NCBI GenBank assembly: GCA_020632265.1
Contig: JACKFW010000001.1
Location: 855,272-919,271 of the forward strand
Direction of reading: 5' to 3'
Length of the DNA: 64,000 bases
From: Pseudomonadales bacterium
Lineage (GTDB): Bacteria > Patescibacteriota > Microgenomatia > UBA1400 > PJMF01
The stretch's first letter is position 1. Every line of letters starts with the position of its first letter. Shown here piece by piece: positions 26,901-37,003 of this stretch. The translations under genes were made by a program, and so were the position numbers. The notes under the pieces were generated by a model. The model was not told the origin of the DNA and made no database searches. It saw nothing but the letters and a program-made list of their open reading frames with translations.

Positions 26901-27911
26901 TTATTCAAATCTAGGTTTTGTAGAGTCGAGTGGGTCTGTTGCAATTATTGTGCTGGGGCCATCCTTATCTGAGCGAGAAAGTTGAGTTTTATCATCTACT
27001 TTAGTTTCACCAATTTCTATTGTAGATTGAGCAAATGTTTGATAAAGTGTTCGAGCAAGAAGTCCATCTGCGACGTTTCTCTTAGAAAGATTAAACTCAG
27101 CTTTTAACATTGTTAGCCTACTTATAAGCACTTGGTTACATAATATATTTACTAAGGCAGCAAAGTTCGATGCAGTTTTCTTTGTTAATTGAGGGATTTG
27201 GTCGCTTGTAAGCATTTCAACAATTAATTGGTTTTCTTTTTCAAAGTCATTCTTTCCGCCATTTTTAAACATTCTGTGATGATATTTTGCTATGGCAACT
27301 GCCATTGCTTGTTCATGTGTGTAGCCAAGAGATATAGCTAATTGATTAAACCATAGAATATATGTTTCTTTAAAATCGGGGTCGGTTTCAGTTAGCTGAA
27401 TTAAATTATAAAAAACATCAGCAATTTCTGATATTACTTTTGCAATAGCTGCATTGTCTTCGTTAGTCTTACCATCTGTATAATCTGAGATGGCACCGAT
27501 CACCTCATCTCTTTCAGGAGGTTTGAAATATTCGGCGGGCTTAGTACGAACCGGATCGCCTGTGAATTGAAAGATAAATCTCAAATCATTAGTCTTACCA
27601 TCACCTGAAAGAAAAAGGATCTTGGTTTCAGCTCGAAATGGTAACTTTGTTCCATATAGTTTAGCTTCTTCTTGCAGAAATTCAGTTGTCAGTAATCTCC
27701 ATCCAATTTTTTCATTTGGCTTAAGATTTAACTCTTGTGAGTCATTAGTGAGAACAATTTCAATAACTCTTTGCGTTGATTGTGCTTTAATTAAGCGAGT
27801 TGTTTCTATTCCTGCGGCATGAAAAGTATCTAGGGCCTTTTGTAAAGTCATCATTGTGGTAGCAGCTAATAAGTGCTCCAAACTTATATTTAGTGTATCT
27901 TCATTTACCAT
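26901..27911 (-). CDS. hypothetical protein with a C-terminal MazG-like all-alpha NTP-pyrophosphohydrolase-like region
   Basis: EDNAAIAKVISEIADVFYNLIQL...FKETYILWFNQLAISLGYTHEQAMAVAIAKYHHR resembles the MazG EExGD..fyL..LA..GxdlE core. The N-terminal 150 aa is unassigned. Confidence 0.35.
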   Translation of the reverse strand: MVNEDTLNISLEHLLAATTMMTLQKALDTFHAAGIETTRLIKAQSTQRVIEIVLTNDSQELNLKPNEKIGWRLLTTEFLQEEAKLYGTKLPFRAETKILFLSGDGKTNDLRFIFQFTGDPVRTKPAEYFKPPERDEVIGAISDYTDGKTNEDNAAIAKVISEIADVFYNLIQLTETDPDFKETYILWFNQLAISLGYTHEQAMAVAIAKYHHRMFKNGGKNDFEKENQLIVEMLTSDQIPQLTKKTASNFAALVNILCNQVLISRLTMLKAEFNLSKRNVADGLLARTLYQTFAQSTIEIGETKVDDKTQLSRSDKDGPSTIIATDPLDSTKPRFE

Positions 27912-28041
27912 ATATTTAATTATAGGATATTAAAATCATTTAGTCAATAGTTTGATATCTTTATAATTGTTTCTAACTAGTCTGACTTGCGTAAAATAGA
28001 AAATCTTTGTACGATGGGACTCTGATAAATTAAAGATATAT

Positions 28042-28650
28042 ATGAAATTACCAAGAGCTGTACAAAATTTAATTGAAAAGTTTGAAAAACTGCCTGGAGT
28101 AGGTCCAAAATCTGCTCAAAGATTGGTATTTTATTTACTTCACAATCCCGATCATGAATTGGAGGATTTTGCCCAAAAATTGCTTTTACTCAAAAAAAAT
28201 ACATTCCTGTGTGATATCTGTCACAATGTTAGTGAAACTAATCCATGTTCAGTTTGTGATGATCCCACTAGAGATGAAAATATATTGTGTGTAGTCGAGC
28301 ATCCTTTGGATGTTTTGGCATTAGAAAGATCTAATTCTTATAAAGGTAAATATCATGTTTTACATGGTAGTATTGCTCCTTTAAATAACATTGGCCCTGA
28401 TCAATTATTTTTACACGATATTTCAAAGAGATTTAATGGTGTGAAAGAATTAATTATTGCTACTAATCCAACTATGGAAGGAGAAGCTACCGCTTTATAT
28501 ATTACCGAGTATCTTACTCAACAAAAAGGTTTTGATGTTGAAAATATTATAATTTCAAGAATTGGCCATGGCCTACCAATTGGTGCAGATATCGAATATG
28601 CTGATGGAGTAACTTTATCTCGAGCTCTAGAGGGCAGGAGAAAGATTTGA
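28042..28650 (+). CDS. recR: recombination protein RecR
   Basis: N-terminal HhH (LPGVGPKSAQRL), C4 zinc finger (CDICHNVSETNPCSVC) and Toprim domain. Confidence 0.85.
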   Translation: MKLPRAVQNLIEKFEKLPGVGPKSAQRLVFYLLHNPDHELEDFAQKLLLLKKNTFLCDICHNVSETNPCSVCDDPTRDENILCVVEHPLDVLALERSNSYKGKYHVLHGSIAPLNNIGPDQLFLHDISKRFNGVKELIIATNPTMEGEATALYITEYLTQQKGFDVENIIISRIGHGLPIGADIEYADGVTLSRALEGRRKI

Positions 28651-28736
28651 TATTAAAATGTATTTCTCTAAGTTATTGCTTGTTTTGTATCTCGCGTGTT
28701 ATGATCTAATAAGATGGTTAAATTAATATTGAAAAT

Positions 28737-28778
28737 AAACCACTCAAATTCTTAACAAAAGAATTGGGTGGTTTTTTG
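28737..28778 (+). terminator. putative Rho-independent terminator after recR
   Basis: AAACCACTCAA...TTGGGTGGTTTTTTGT: an imperfect ~9-bp stem followed by a T-run. Confidence 0.45.
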
Positions 28779-28913
28779 TATTTAAAAAATGGAGGTTCCA
28801 AAATCAGCAAAATCTCAGAAATAATTGAGAATATTAAATGAAAAACTTTTTTGAAGTATAAATAAAAGCTTAATGAAGTATAAATAAAAGCCTAATACGG
28901 CAGGAGGATTTAT

Positions 28914-29243
28914 ATGACAGTAATAGTTGAGTCAAAGAAGATGAGGGTAACCAACGCAATCAGGTTATTTGCTGAAAAACAAGCACTTAAAATTAGTAAA
29001 TTGGGTAAGAGTGTTTTGGAAATTAAAATCCATCTAGAAAAAATTCGTAAAAAGAAAATGGATGAAAACTCAAATATTGTCACATATTTTGTATCAACTC
29101 CAGGAAAAAATATTATTGTGAAGAGTAAATCAGCTGATATGTATAAAGCAATTATTGAAGCTACATCTAGCGCAGTGAGAAAACTAAGAAAAATAAATGA
29201 GAAGCGCAAAACAATAAAAAGATCATCAAAAATATTCCAATAG
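28914..29243 (+). CDS. hpf: ribosome hibernation-promoting factor / RaiA family protein
   Basis: RaiA fold signature: ITGKN..E..A.R..V..K..KL (here VTNAIRLFAEKQALKISKL) and C-terminal DMYAAID-like DMYKAIIEA. Strong AGGAGG ribosome-binding site 8 nt upstream. Confidence 0.6.
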   Translation: MTVIVESKKMRVTNAIRLFAEKQALKISKLGKSVLEIKIHLEKIRKKKMDENSNIVTYFVSTPGKNIIVKSKSADMYKAIIEATSSAVRKLRKINEKRKTIKRSSKIFQ

Positions 29244-29353
29244 ATAATTAGATAATTAAATTAGTATATTATTATGATTGATATTAAATTAATTTTGATA
29301 ATTGAGCTTACCATCTTGTATCGTATAGCTGAGTAATTTACAATATAGTTTAT

Positions 29354-29719
29354 ATGTCGGATGATAAAAAAAATCCTTTAGACGTTCTAGAAGAATTATT
29401 GAAAGATACTGGTAATGGGGCAGTTTCAGGATCTGGAAGTAATAATTCTGATCCTAGCAAGCCAGTGGAAAAAACTAAAGAGGAACTCGAGCGTGAACTT
29501 GAACAAAAGAGAATTGAGTTTGAACAAAGTCAAGAAGAACAAAAAAGAATCGATGATCAAAAACTTATAAAACAAAGGCAGGCAATTAGTGGTATTCAGG
29601 ATTCACAAGAGTATAAGGCAAGAGTGCAGCAAGATTCTGCAAAAAAGGATGATGAGGAAAAACAGACTGTTGCATCAGATGGTTTTGAAATTGATCAATT
29701 AGGTCATAAAAAGGTTTAA
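29354..29719 (+). CDS. hypothetical low-complexity (E/K/Q-rich) protein
   Basis: Intact ORF with charged, coiled-coil-like composition. Confidence 0.35.
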   Translation: MSDDKKNPLDVLEELLKDTGNGAVSGSGSNNSDPSKPVEKTKEELERELEQKRIEFEQSQEEQKRIDDQKLIKQRQAISGIQDSQEYKARVQQDSAKKDDEEKQTVASDGFEIDQLGHKKV

Positions 29720-30358
29720 ATGTTTGGTACAGTTCCAGGCTCTGGTGGTCCACAAGGTGGGGGAGCTTCACTTTCTAATTTTGGCGAGTCTTTTCAAGAT
29801 GGAAATTCATTGATGCAGAATGTAAAAAATCAAAGTTCTTCTAAAGGTAATAATTCTAGTGGTACTAATCAGAATAACCTTGGTAATAGTTTACATTCGT
29901 CAGCTTCTTCACAAAATCCAGTTCCCCAAAAACCTCAGATAGAACCTCGTGAAGTAGGTAGTTTGGCAGATGAAGCAAAAAGAGGAGTTGAAGATGTTTG
30001 GACTGAAGTTAAACAATTTTTTTCTATTAATACTTGGTTGGGAATCGATCCTGAAAATATGAATCCTCAACAACAGGCCGAAGCAAAAGAGATTCATGCA
30101 AGATATACACAACTTGATCAAAAGCAACAAGCAATTGCTAAACAGATGTACGAAGAAAGAATGCAAAAAAAGAAACTTATCGAACAAGAGGAACAGCAAC
30201 GAAAGCAAATTGAAGCTCAAAAGCAACAAGAGCAAGCTTATTCGATACCTTCGGGACCTCAAAAGGGGGCGGGCGCACAAAAAGGCAATAAAAAACAACA
30301 GATGATTCATAAGATTAAGCAAGACAGAACAACTTTAAATAATACTCAAGGAGAGTAG
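29720..30358 (+). CDS. hypothetical low-complexity (G/S/N/Q-rich N-terminus, Q/E/K-rich C-terminus) protein
   Basis: Intact ORF that starts at the stop of the previous ORF. Confidence 0.35.
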   Translation: MFGTVPGSGGPQGGGASLSNFGESFQDGNSLMQNVKNQSSSKGNNSSGTNQNNLGNSLHSSASSQNPVPQKPQIEPREVGSLADEAKRGVEDVWTEVKQFFSINTWLGIDPENMNPQQQAEAKEIHARYTQLDQKQQAIAKQMYEERMQKKKLIEQEEQQRKQIEAQKQQEQAYSIPSGPQKGAGAQKGNKKQQMIHKIKQDRTTLNNTQGE

Positions 30359-30441
30359 TATTTTAATAGATATAATATTTTCCACAATTTAGTTGGGGTG
30401 TTCGTGATAAAATTAAAGGGAAGAATTAGTCAGATACAATC

Positions 30442-31989
30442 ATGAAACTTTATAATACACTTTCAAAAAAGATCGAAGAGTTTGAGTCAATTAAACCAAA
30501 TAAAGTTGGTTTATATGCTTGCGGTTTCACTGTCTATGATTTCACTCATCTAGGTCACCTTCGCAAATACACCATGGATGATATTTTAATAAGAACTCTT
30601 AAATATTTAAAATATGATGTTAATTTTGTTCAAAATATTACTGATGTGGGACATTTATCTTCAGATGCAGACACTGGTGAAGATAAGCTTGAAAAAGGCG
30701 CAAAAAAATATGGAAAATCAGCTTGGGATATTGCTGCGCAGTTTGAAAAATATTTTTTTAGAAGTATGGATTTAATGGGGAATTTACGTCCAAGTGTAAG
30801 TGCGAGAGCAACAGATCATATAGAAGAACAGATAGATATGGTAAAACAACTTGAAAAAAAGGGTTTTACATATGTCATAGAAAATGATGGAATTTATTTT
30901 GATACCAGTAAATTTTCGGATTATGGCAAAATGGCTAAGTTAAATCTCAATGATCAAAAAGAGGGTTTCAGAATTGATGCAGTTAAAGGTAAAAGAAATC
31001 CAGCTGATTTTGTATTATGGAAATTTGAGCGAGAAGGAGAAAACAGAGCTATGACTTGGGAAAGTCCATGGCACAAGCGAGGTTTTCCAGGATGGCACAT
31101 TGAATGTAGTGCAATGGCTATTAAATACTTGGGTAATCAATTTGATATTCATACTGGAGGTATTGATCATATACCAGTGCACCATACTAATGAAATTGCC
31201 CAAGCCGAAGCCGCAACTGGCAAAACTCCTTTTGTTAAGTATTGGGTTCATCATAATTTTCTTAGAGTTGATGGCATCAAAATGAGTAAATCTCTTAATA
31301 ATTTTTTTACTATAGATGATCTATTAGAACGAGGCTTTCACCCTTTGGCATTGAGACTATTATTTTTGACTGCTCATTATCAATCTGAAATGAATTTTAC
31401 TTGGGAAAATTTGGCAGGAGCACAAAAAAGTTATCAAAAATTAATTAAAACAGTTTTAGAATTAAAGGATTTAGCTAGTTCTACAACTGAAGTAAATTCT
31501 CAAAATTTTAACGAATTACAACCAAAAAATACTACTAAAATTAATGAATCTAATAAAAATAATCAAACAGAGCAAGTTAATCAAGAGGATTATTATAGGA
31601 TTAAATTTTTTGGTTATTTGACTGACAATTTGAATACACCTCGGGCAGTTGCTTTAATGTGGGAGATGATTAAGTCTGATTTAGATTCTCAAGTAAAATT
31701 AAGACTATTACTTGAGTTTGATCAAATATTTAATTTGGGGATTTCGAAAGCATCAAAAATTCAAAATGAGTTTAGTAAAAATGAATTTAATAAAAACACT
31801 TTTACCAAAAACGACTTATTTTTAGATGATGAACAATTATCAAAAGAAATAAAGAGCGTCTTACTTCAAAGAGAGGAAGCAAGACTTTCTAGTGATTGGA
31901 AAAAAGCTGATGAATTGAGAGATGTATTATTAGGTAAGGGATTCAGGGTTGTAGATTCAATTGATGGACAGAAACTAGAAAGAATTTAA
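30442..31989 (+). CDS. cysS: cysteinyl-tRNA synthetase
   Basis: HIGH (HLGHLRKY) and KMSKS (KMSKSLNN) motifs and the zinc-binding Cys residues of CysRS (CGFTVYD; HIEC). Confidence 0.9.
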   Translation: MKLYNTLSKKIEEFESIKPNKVGLYACGFTVYDFTHLGHLRKYTMDDILIRTLKYLKYDVNFVQNITDVGHLSSDADTGEDKLEKGAKKYGKSAWDIAAQFEKYFFRSMDLMGNLRPSVSARATDHIEEQIDMVKQLEKKGFTYVIENDGIYFDTSKFSDYGKMAKLNLNDQKEGFRIDAVKGKRNPADFVLWKFEREGENRAMTWESPWHKRGFPGWHIECSAMAIKYLGNQFDIHTGGIDHIPVHHTNEIAQAEAATGKTPFVKYWVHHNFLRVDGIKMSKSLNNFFTIDDLLERGFHPLALRLLFLTAHYQSEMNFTWENLAGAQKSYQKLIKTVLELKDLASSTTEVNSQNFNELQPKNTTKINESNKNNQTEQVNQEDYYRIKFFGYLTDNLNTPRAVALMWEMIKSDLDSQVKLRLLLEFDQIFNLGISKASKIQNEFSKNEFNKNTFTKNDLFLDDEQLSKEIKSVLLQREEARLSSDWKKADELRDVLLGKGFRVVDSIDGQKLERI

Positions 31990-32142
31990 ATGTTTAGGCA
32001 TTTAGATATTTATATATTTAGATATTATTTCTATATTTAGGTATTTAAAAGTTACTTAAATTTATAATTTTCCAATTTTTTCATATTAAGCAATAATTAA
32101 TGGGTTTACTAAGCTCAATGAAGTATGCTAAATTAGTACTAT

Positions 32143-35112
32143 ATGTTTTCTTTTCATAAAAATAACACTCCCAACTTTTCAAGTGATGATGATAATTTTC
32201 AGTTGATCAATAAAACTTCAGATCATGTTGATGATTTGCAGTTTCATGATAAATCTAATACTAAATCTAAAATCAAATCTAGTAAAAAACAAATGGTGGT
32301 TTTTTTGAGTATTTTTGTTTTTTCATTAATGAGTTTGGCAGTATTGGTAGCATTTAATCGTCAACAATATAATTATGATTCTAGAAAAGAAGCTGCATGT
32401 AATCTTTCAGTTTCAAAGTGGATGCCTATAGAAATAAGTTTCTCGGGTCCTGAACTTAGTGAAACATCTACATCGCCCAATAATCCTTTTCTTGACTATC
32501 GATTAAATGTTAAATTTATAAGTCCAACTGGCAAAGAAATCAATGTTCCAGGTTTTTTTGATGGAGATGGATCTGGTTCTGGAGTTGGCAACAAATGGAA
32601 GGTTCGCTTTTCTCCAAGCGAAGAGGGTTCTTGGACGTATGTGGCCGATCTTAGAAGTGGGAGTAATATTGCAGTTGATACAAATTTATCAAGTGGAAAT
32701 TCTCAATCAATTGTTCCAGATTGTCAAAATTCTTTTTCTGTTGGTGCATTAAATTCATCCGCTCCAGGATTCTTCAAGTGGGGAAGACTAGAATATGTTG
32801 GAAAACATTATCCAAAATTTGCTAATGGTCCTTACTTTATTAAGATTGGAACTGATTCTCCAGAAAATATGTTGGGTTTTGTAGGATTTGATAATACAGT
32901 TGATCAAGGTGGCTTAGTACCTAACTTTCTTCACACTTTCGCACCTCACGCTGAAGATTGGCAACAAGGTAATCCAACATTTGGCAGTAATCCCGAATTG
33001 TCAAAAAATATCATTGGAGCACTAAACTATTTGAGTAACAGTGGTATTAATTCAATCTACTTTTTACCAATGAATCTTGGAGGAGATGGTCAGGATACTT
33101 ATCCTTTTGTTGACGCGAATATTGCAAATAATAAAAATTACGATGTTAGTAAGCTTAATCAATGGAACATTGTTTTACAACACGCTCAAAAGAAAGGAAT
33201 TGCGCTTAACGTTGTTCTTTCAGAAACAGAGGATCAAAATACTGATTGGTTGGGAGGAATTTCTTCTCTCACAATTGAGAGAAAATTATATTTAAGAGAA
33301 TTGATTGCTCGATTTGGATATTTGCCTGCAATTCAGTGGAATATTGGCGAAGAAAGTAAATTTCCACAAAGTACTACTGAAGCCATTGCTGATTACCTCA
33401 CCGCGTTGGATTGGCAAAATCACCAAATTACATATCATACTCCTAAAGATGGTATTGGAGTATACAACTGGGCTTATGGTAATCCAAAATTTGATGCTAC
33501 TTCCGTTCAATATACATTCTTAGAAGGTATTAAAAATAGCGAATTTGTTGAAATTCTTCGAGCAAATAGTGCTCAAGCCAATCGTCCTTGGATTGTCAAT
33601 ATGGATGAAAATTTTGGTGGATTAGTTCATAACCCAGGTCATTATCGACTTAGTCGATTGTATGACATTTTATTTTCTGGAGGAGGAGTTGAGTGGTATT
33701 TTGGATGCACCAGTCCTTGTGAAGATGTTACTGCCGAAAATTTCGACACTCCTGAATTAAGAGAACTTTGGGCATATAACAAAGTGGCGCATGACTTTAT
33801 GCAAAACAATCTTCCTTTTTGGGATATGATTCCTCTCGACGATGTGGTGGGAGGTGAACTTGAACATGAAACTTATGGTGGTGCTGAAGTATTTGCTCTT
33901 CCTGGTCAAGTTTATGCAATTTATTTTGCCTCATCCAATACAACTGGAACAATTGATTTAAGAAATGTTAGTGGTCAATTTACTAAGCAATGGTTTAATC
34001 CCGTTAATGGTCAGACAGTAGGACCTCAAGAAATTGTAAATGCAGGTGCTTATGTTAATAATGGCACTGCTCCCAATCCTTTAGCAGATTGGATATTGTT
34101 GTACAAAAAAACTGATTTTACTTTGCCTCCTCCTATTAGCACTAATACTGATCCAGTCTGCAATCAACTTTGTGATGCTTCACAAACCTGTGAGCAAGGA
34201 TTGGAATGCAAGCCATTGTCATGGGTTTGGCAATACTTGAGCACAGAAGAAGAACTTTTTTCAGGAATTTCAATTGCAGGCAAAGAAATTAAATCATTTG
34301 ATGTTTATTATCATAATCGAGACAATGAAATTCGTCAGAATGCAATTATTGATTCGACGGTTTATTATCGCACCAATCGAGATTGGATTTGGAGATCAAT
34401 TGGATCTGTCGATCAAGTTTTTGCAGGAGCAGGTTCTGGAGAAGTTACGCTCTTTGATGTAGCCTATTACCGAGAAGCTAATCAAGTTATTCAGCATATT
34501 ATAAGATCAAATCGTTTATACAAAAGAACCTCTTTAGATTGGAATACCTGGGAAGATTTGGGTAATATCAATGATATTTTCCCTGGATCAGGTCCTCTTG
34601 AAGGATTTGACACCTTCCAACATCCTAATGGAGAAATACGTCAGCATGTAATCAGGGGTAATAGAGCGTATCGCAGAACTCTTCCGGGAAATAACTGGGA
34701 AGACCTAGGAGATTATAACGAAGTCTTTAGAGGTACTGGAAACGGTGAAATTATATCTTTCGATGTTCACAGTCCTAGCGGAAATTCTGAAGTGATTCAG
34801 CAAGTATTACGTGGTGGTTTGGTATGGAAAAGAAATAGTAAAGAAGAATCCCGATGCAGATTACCTTCACAACCTGCAACAACAAATTGTTTACCGATAC
34901 CAAATGGTGGCCAAACTATGAATCCTCAAAATAATAACAATAACGCCGTTGCTTCACCAGCTACTGCAACACCAACGCCTACGGTAAATGCTAAACCTGC
35001 TTCACCAGCTACTGCAACACCAACGCCTACGGTAAATGCTAAACCTGCTTCACCAGCTACTGCAACACCAACGCCTACGCCGGTTATTAGTCAAGACAGA
35101 ATGAGTCTATAA
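32143..35112 (+). CDS. large surface/secreted protein: N-terminal TM anchor, glycoside-hydrolase-like (DUF4038/GH5-clan-like) domain, four ~48-aa lectin/propeller-like repeats, Pro/Thr-rich repetitive tail
   Basis: TM VVFLSIFVFSLMSLAVLVAF. Four repeats of the form EIRQNAIIDSTVYYRTNRDWIWRSIGSVDQVFAGAGSGEVTLFDV. C-terminal ASPATATPTPTVNAKP appears three times. Confidence 0.55.
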   Translation: MFSFHKNNTPNFSSDDDNFQLINKTSDHVDDLQFHDKSNTKSKIKSSKKQMVVFLSIFVFSLMSLAVLVAFNRQQYNYDSRKEAACNLSVSKWMPIEISFSGPELSETSTSPNNPFLDYRLNVKFISPTGKEINVPGFFDGDGSGSGVGNKWKVRFSPSEEGSWTYVADLRSGSNIAVDTNLSSGNSQSIVPDCQNSFSVGALNSSAPGFFKWGRLEYVGKHYPKFANGPYFIKIGTDSPENMLGFVGFDNTVDQGGLVPNFLHTFAPHAEDWQQGNPTFGSNPELSKNIIGALNYLSNSGINSIYFLPMNLGGDGQDTYPFVDANIANNKNYDVSKLNQWNIVLQHAQKKGIALNVVLSETEDQNTDWLGGISSLTIERKLYLRELIARFGYLPAIQWNIGEESKFPQSTTEAIADYLTALDWQNHQITYHTPKDGIGVYNWAYGNPKFDATSVQYTFLEGIKNSEFVEILRANSAQANRPWIVNMDENFGGLVHNPGHYRLSRLYDILFSGGGVEWYFGCTSPCEDVTAENFDTPELRELWAYNKVAHDFMQNNLPFWDMIPLDDVVGGELEHETYGGAEVFALPGQVYAIYFASSNTTGTIDLRNVSGQFTKQWFNPVNGQTVGPQEIVNAGAYVNNGTAPNPLADWILLYKKTDFTLPPPISTNTDPVCNQLCDASQTCEQGLECKPLSWVWQYLSTEEELFSGISIAGKEIKSFDVYYHNRDNEIRQNAIIDSTVYYRTNRDWIWRSIGSVDQVFAGAGSGEVTLFDVAYYREANQVIQHIIRSNRLYKRTSLDWNTWEDLGNINDIFPGSGPLEGFDTFQHPNGEIRQHVIRGNRAYRRTLPGNNWEDLGDYNEVFRGTGNGEIISFDVHSPSGNSEVIQQVLRGGLVWKRNSKEESRCRLPSQPATTNCLPIPNGGQTMNPQNNNNNAVASPATATPTPTVNAKPASPATATPTPTVNAKPASPATATPTPTPVISQDRMSL
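34945..35095 (+). repeat. 48-bp coding tandem repeat (3 copies) encoding the A/T/P-rich linker
   Basis: GCTTCACCAGCTACTGCAACACCAACGCCTACGGTAAATGCTAAACCT appears three times. Confidence 0.85.
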
Positions 35113-35278
35113 TAATTTTTTAGACTTTAGATAATTTATCTGATATAATATTCTTTCTAAGACCGTTTTTTTGAGTGATTTTTTTCAAATTTCAAAATAA
35201 TGATAGATGGGAAGGGTGAAAGCACATAGCAAATGTGCTCACTTTTATTGGTAAAATTAATTTGTTCTAGAAAAGTAT

Positions 35279-37003
35279 ATGTTTAAAGTATATAAAAAAT
35301 ACTATCAGTTTTTGTTTAAATATGGATGGCAATTTATTGTATTCATAGTTTTTTTAGTGGGTTTAAGCATCATAGAAAGTATTCATCCTTATTTTTACAA
35401 ACTATTTATTGAAGAATTACCTTCAGGTAATTTTCAAATGTTATTTAATATATTGTTTGCTTATTCAGGAATTAGAGTTTTACAACTAATTTTAGATATC
35501 TTAACCTATTTCTTTGGTGACTCAGTTTTATTACCAGCTGCAAAAGACGCAAGATTGGCGGTTTTTAAAAAAATTCAAGATTTGGACTTTGCTTTTAGTT
35601 TATCTAGAAGTACTGGTTCATTGATCTCCACGATGAAAAGGGGCGATACAGCCTTTTTTGATCTACATCATTCAATAAATATTAAGATGGTTAGAATCAT
35701 TATTAATTTTCTGGTAATAATGTGGTTTTTTGTTCAAATTAAGCTTGAAATAGCTTTGGTTATGATTATCTCAATGATTCTCAATATGATCTTTGCTTAC
35801 TTTTTAATACGCATAAATATTAATGCAAGAAAAAAGTTTAATGATGAAGAAGATAACATTTCTAACGTGATAGTAGATAATTTAATCAATTTTGAAACAG
35901 TAAAATTATTTGCAAAAGAGGACGAAGAATATAAGAAACTAAAGAGACAATTTTTACCCTGGTTAACTGAATTATGGGGGTACGCCAATTCTTTTAGAAA
36001 GATAGATATTATTGTAGGAACTCTTGGTGAGATAAGCATGTTTCTTGTTTTATTCGTAGGCTTGCAACAAGTAGTAGACTTAAGTTTGAGTGCTGGAGAA
36101 TACGTGATGATTTTGGGCTTTGTTAGTTCTTTTTATCCAAGATTCTTCGAATTGATTTTTGAATTGAGAAATATTGGCAAACACAATGTTGATATTAAAA
36201 AATATTTTGATGTCTTCAATTTTGATACGATTGTCAAAGATATAGAAAATCCAGTAAAAAAAGAATATGCGAAAGGTGAGATTGTTTTTGATAATGTGAA
36301 CTTTTCTTATCCTGAAGGTAGGGATGATGCCTTAAAAAATATAAATTTAAGAATTAGAGAAGGACAATCAATTGCATTCGTAGGTTATTCTGGAGCGGGA
36401 AAAACTACCATTACAAAATTATTAATGAGATTTTACGATCCAGATTCAGGAAAAATTACTATTGACGGAGTAAACATTGCTCATTTAACTAAAACCAATT
36501 TACGTTCTTTTATGGGTGTTGTGCCTCAAGAGCCAATTTTATTTAATGATTCCATTGCTTACAATATTGGTTATGGAGCAGGTACCACTAATTTACATGA
36601 AATTATTGCAGCTTCAAAAATGGCGAATTTACATGATTTTATAAGTGAACTTTCTGACGGATACGACACTATGGTAGGTGAGCGCGGGGTCAGACTGTCT
36701 GGTGGTCAAAAACAAAGATTAGCTATCGCTAGAATGATTCTTTCTAACCCTGACATAATTATATTTGATGAAGCAACTAGCCAGCTAGATAGTGAGTCAG
36801 AAAAATTGATTCAAGACGCATTTTGGAAGGCTTCTAAAAACAAAACTACAATTATTATTGCTCACAGACTATCGTCAATAACTAAAGCAGATAAAATTAT
36901 CGTGATGGATGATGGTGAAATTGTTGAGGTAGGAACCCATAAACAATTGCTTAAAATGAGTGGACAATATAATAATTTCTGGAAATTACAGACAGAAGTT
37001 TAA
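35279..37003 (+). CDS. ABC transporter, fused permease/ATPase exporter (MsbA/lipid-A-exporter-like)
   Basis: Six N-terminal TM helices, Walker A GYSGAGKTT, ABC signature LSGGQKQRLAIAR and Walker B IIIFDEATS. Confidence 0.85.
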   Translation: MFKVYKKYYQFLFKYGWQFIVFIVFLVGLSIIESIHPYFYKLFIEELPSGNFQMLFNILFAYSGIRVLQLILDILTYFFGDSVLLPAAKDARLAVFKKIQDLDFAFSLSRSTGSLISTMKRGDTAFFDLHHSINIKMVRIIINFLVIMWFFVQIKLEIALVMIISMILNMIFAYFLIRININARKKFNDEEDNISNVIVDNLINFETVKLFAKEDEEYKKLKRQFLPWLTELWGYANSFRKIDIIVGTLGEISMFLVLFVGLQQVVDLSLSAGEYVMILGFVSSFYPRFFELIFELRNIGKHNVDIKKYFDVFNFDTIVKDIENPVKKEYAKGEIVFDNVNFSYPEGRDDALKNINLRIREGQSIAFVGYSGAGKTTITKLLMRFYDPDSGKITIDGVNIAHLTKTNLRSFMGVVPQEPILFNDSIAYNIGYGAGTTNLHEIIAASKMANLHDFISELSDGYDTMVGERGVRLSGGQKQRLAIARMILSNPDIIIFDEATSQLDSESEKLIQDAFWKASKNKTTIIIAHRLSSITKADKIIVMDDGEIVEVGTHKQLLKMSGQYNNFWKLQTEV

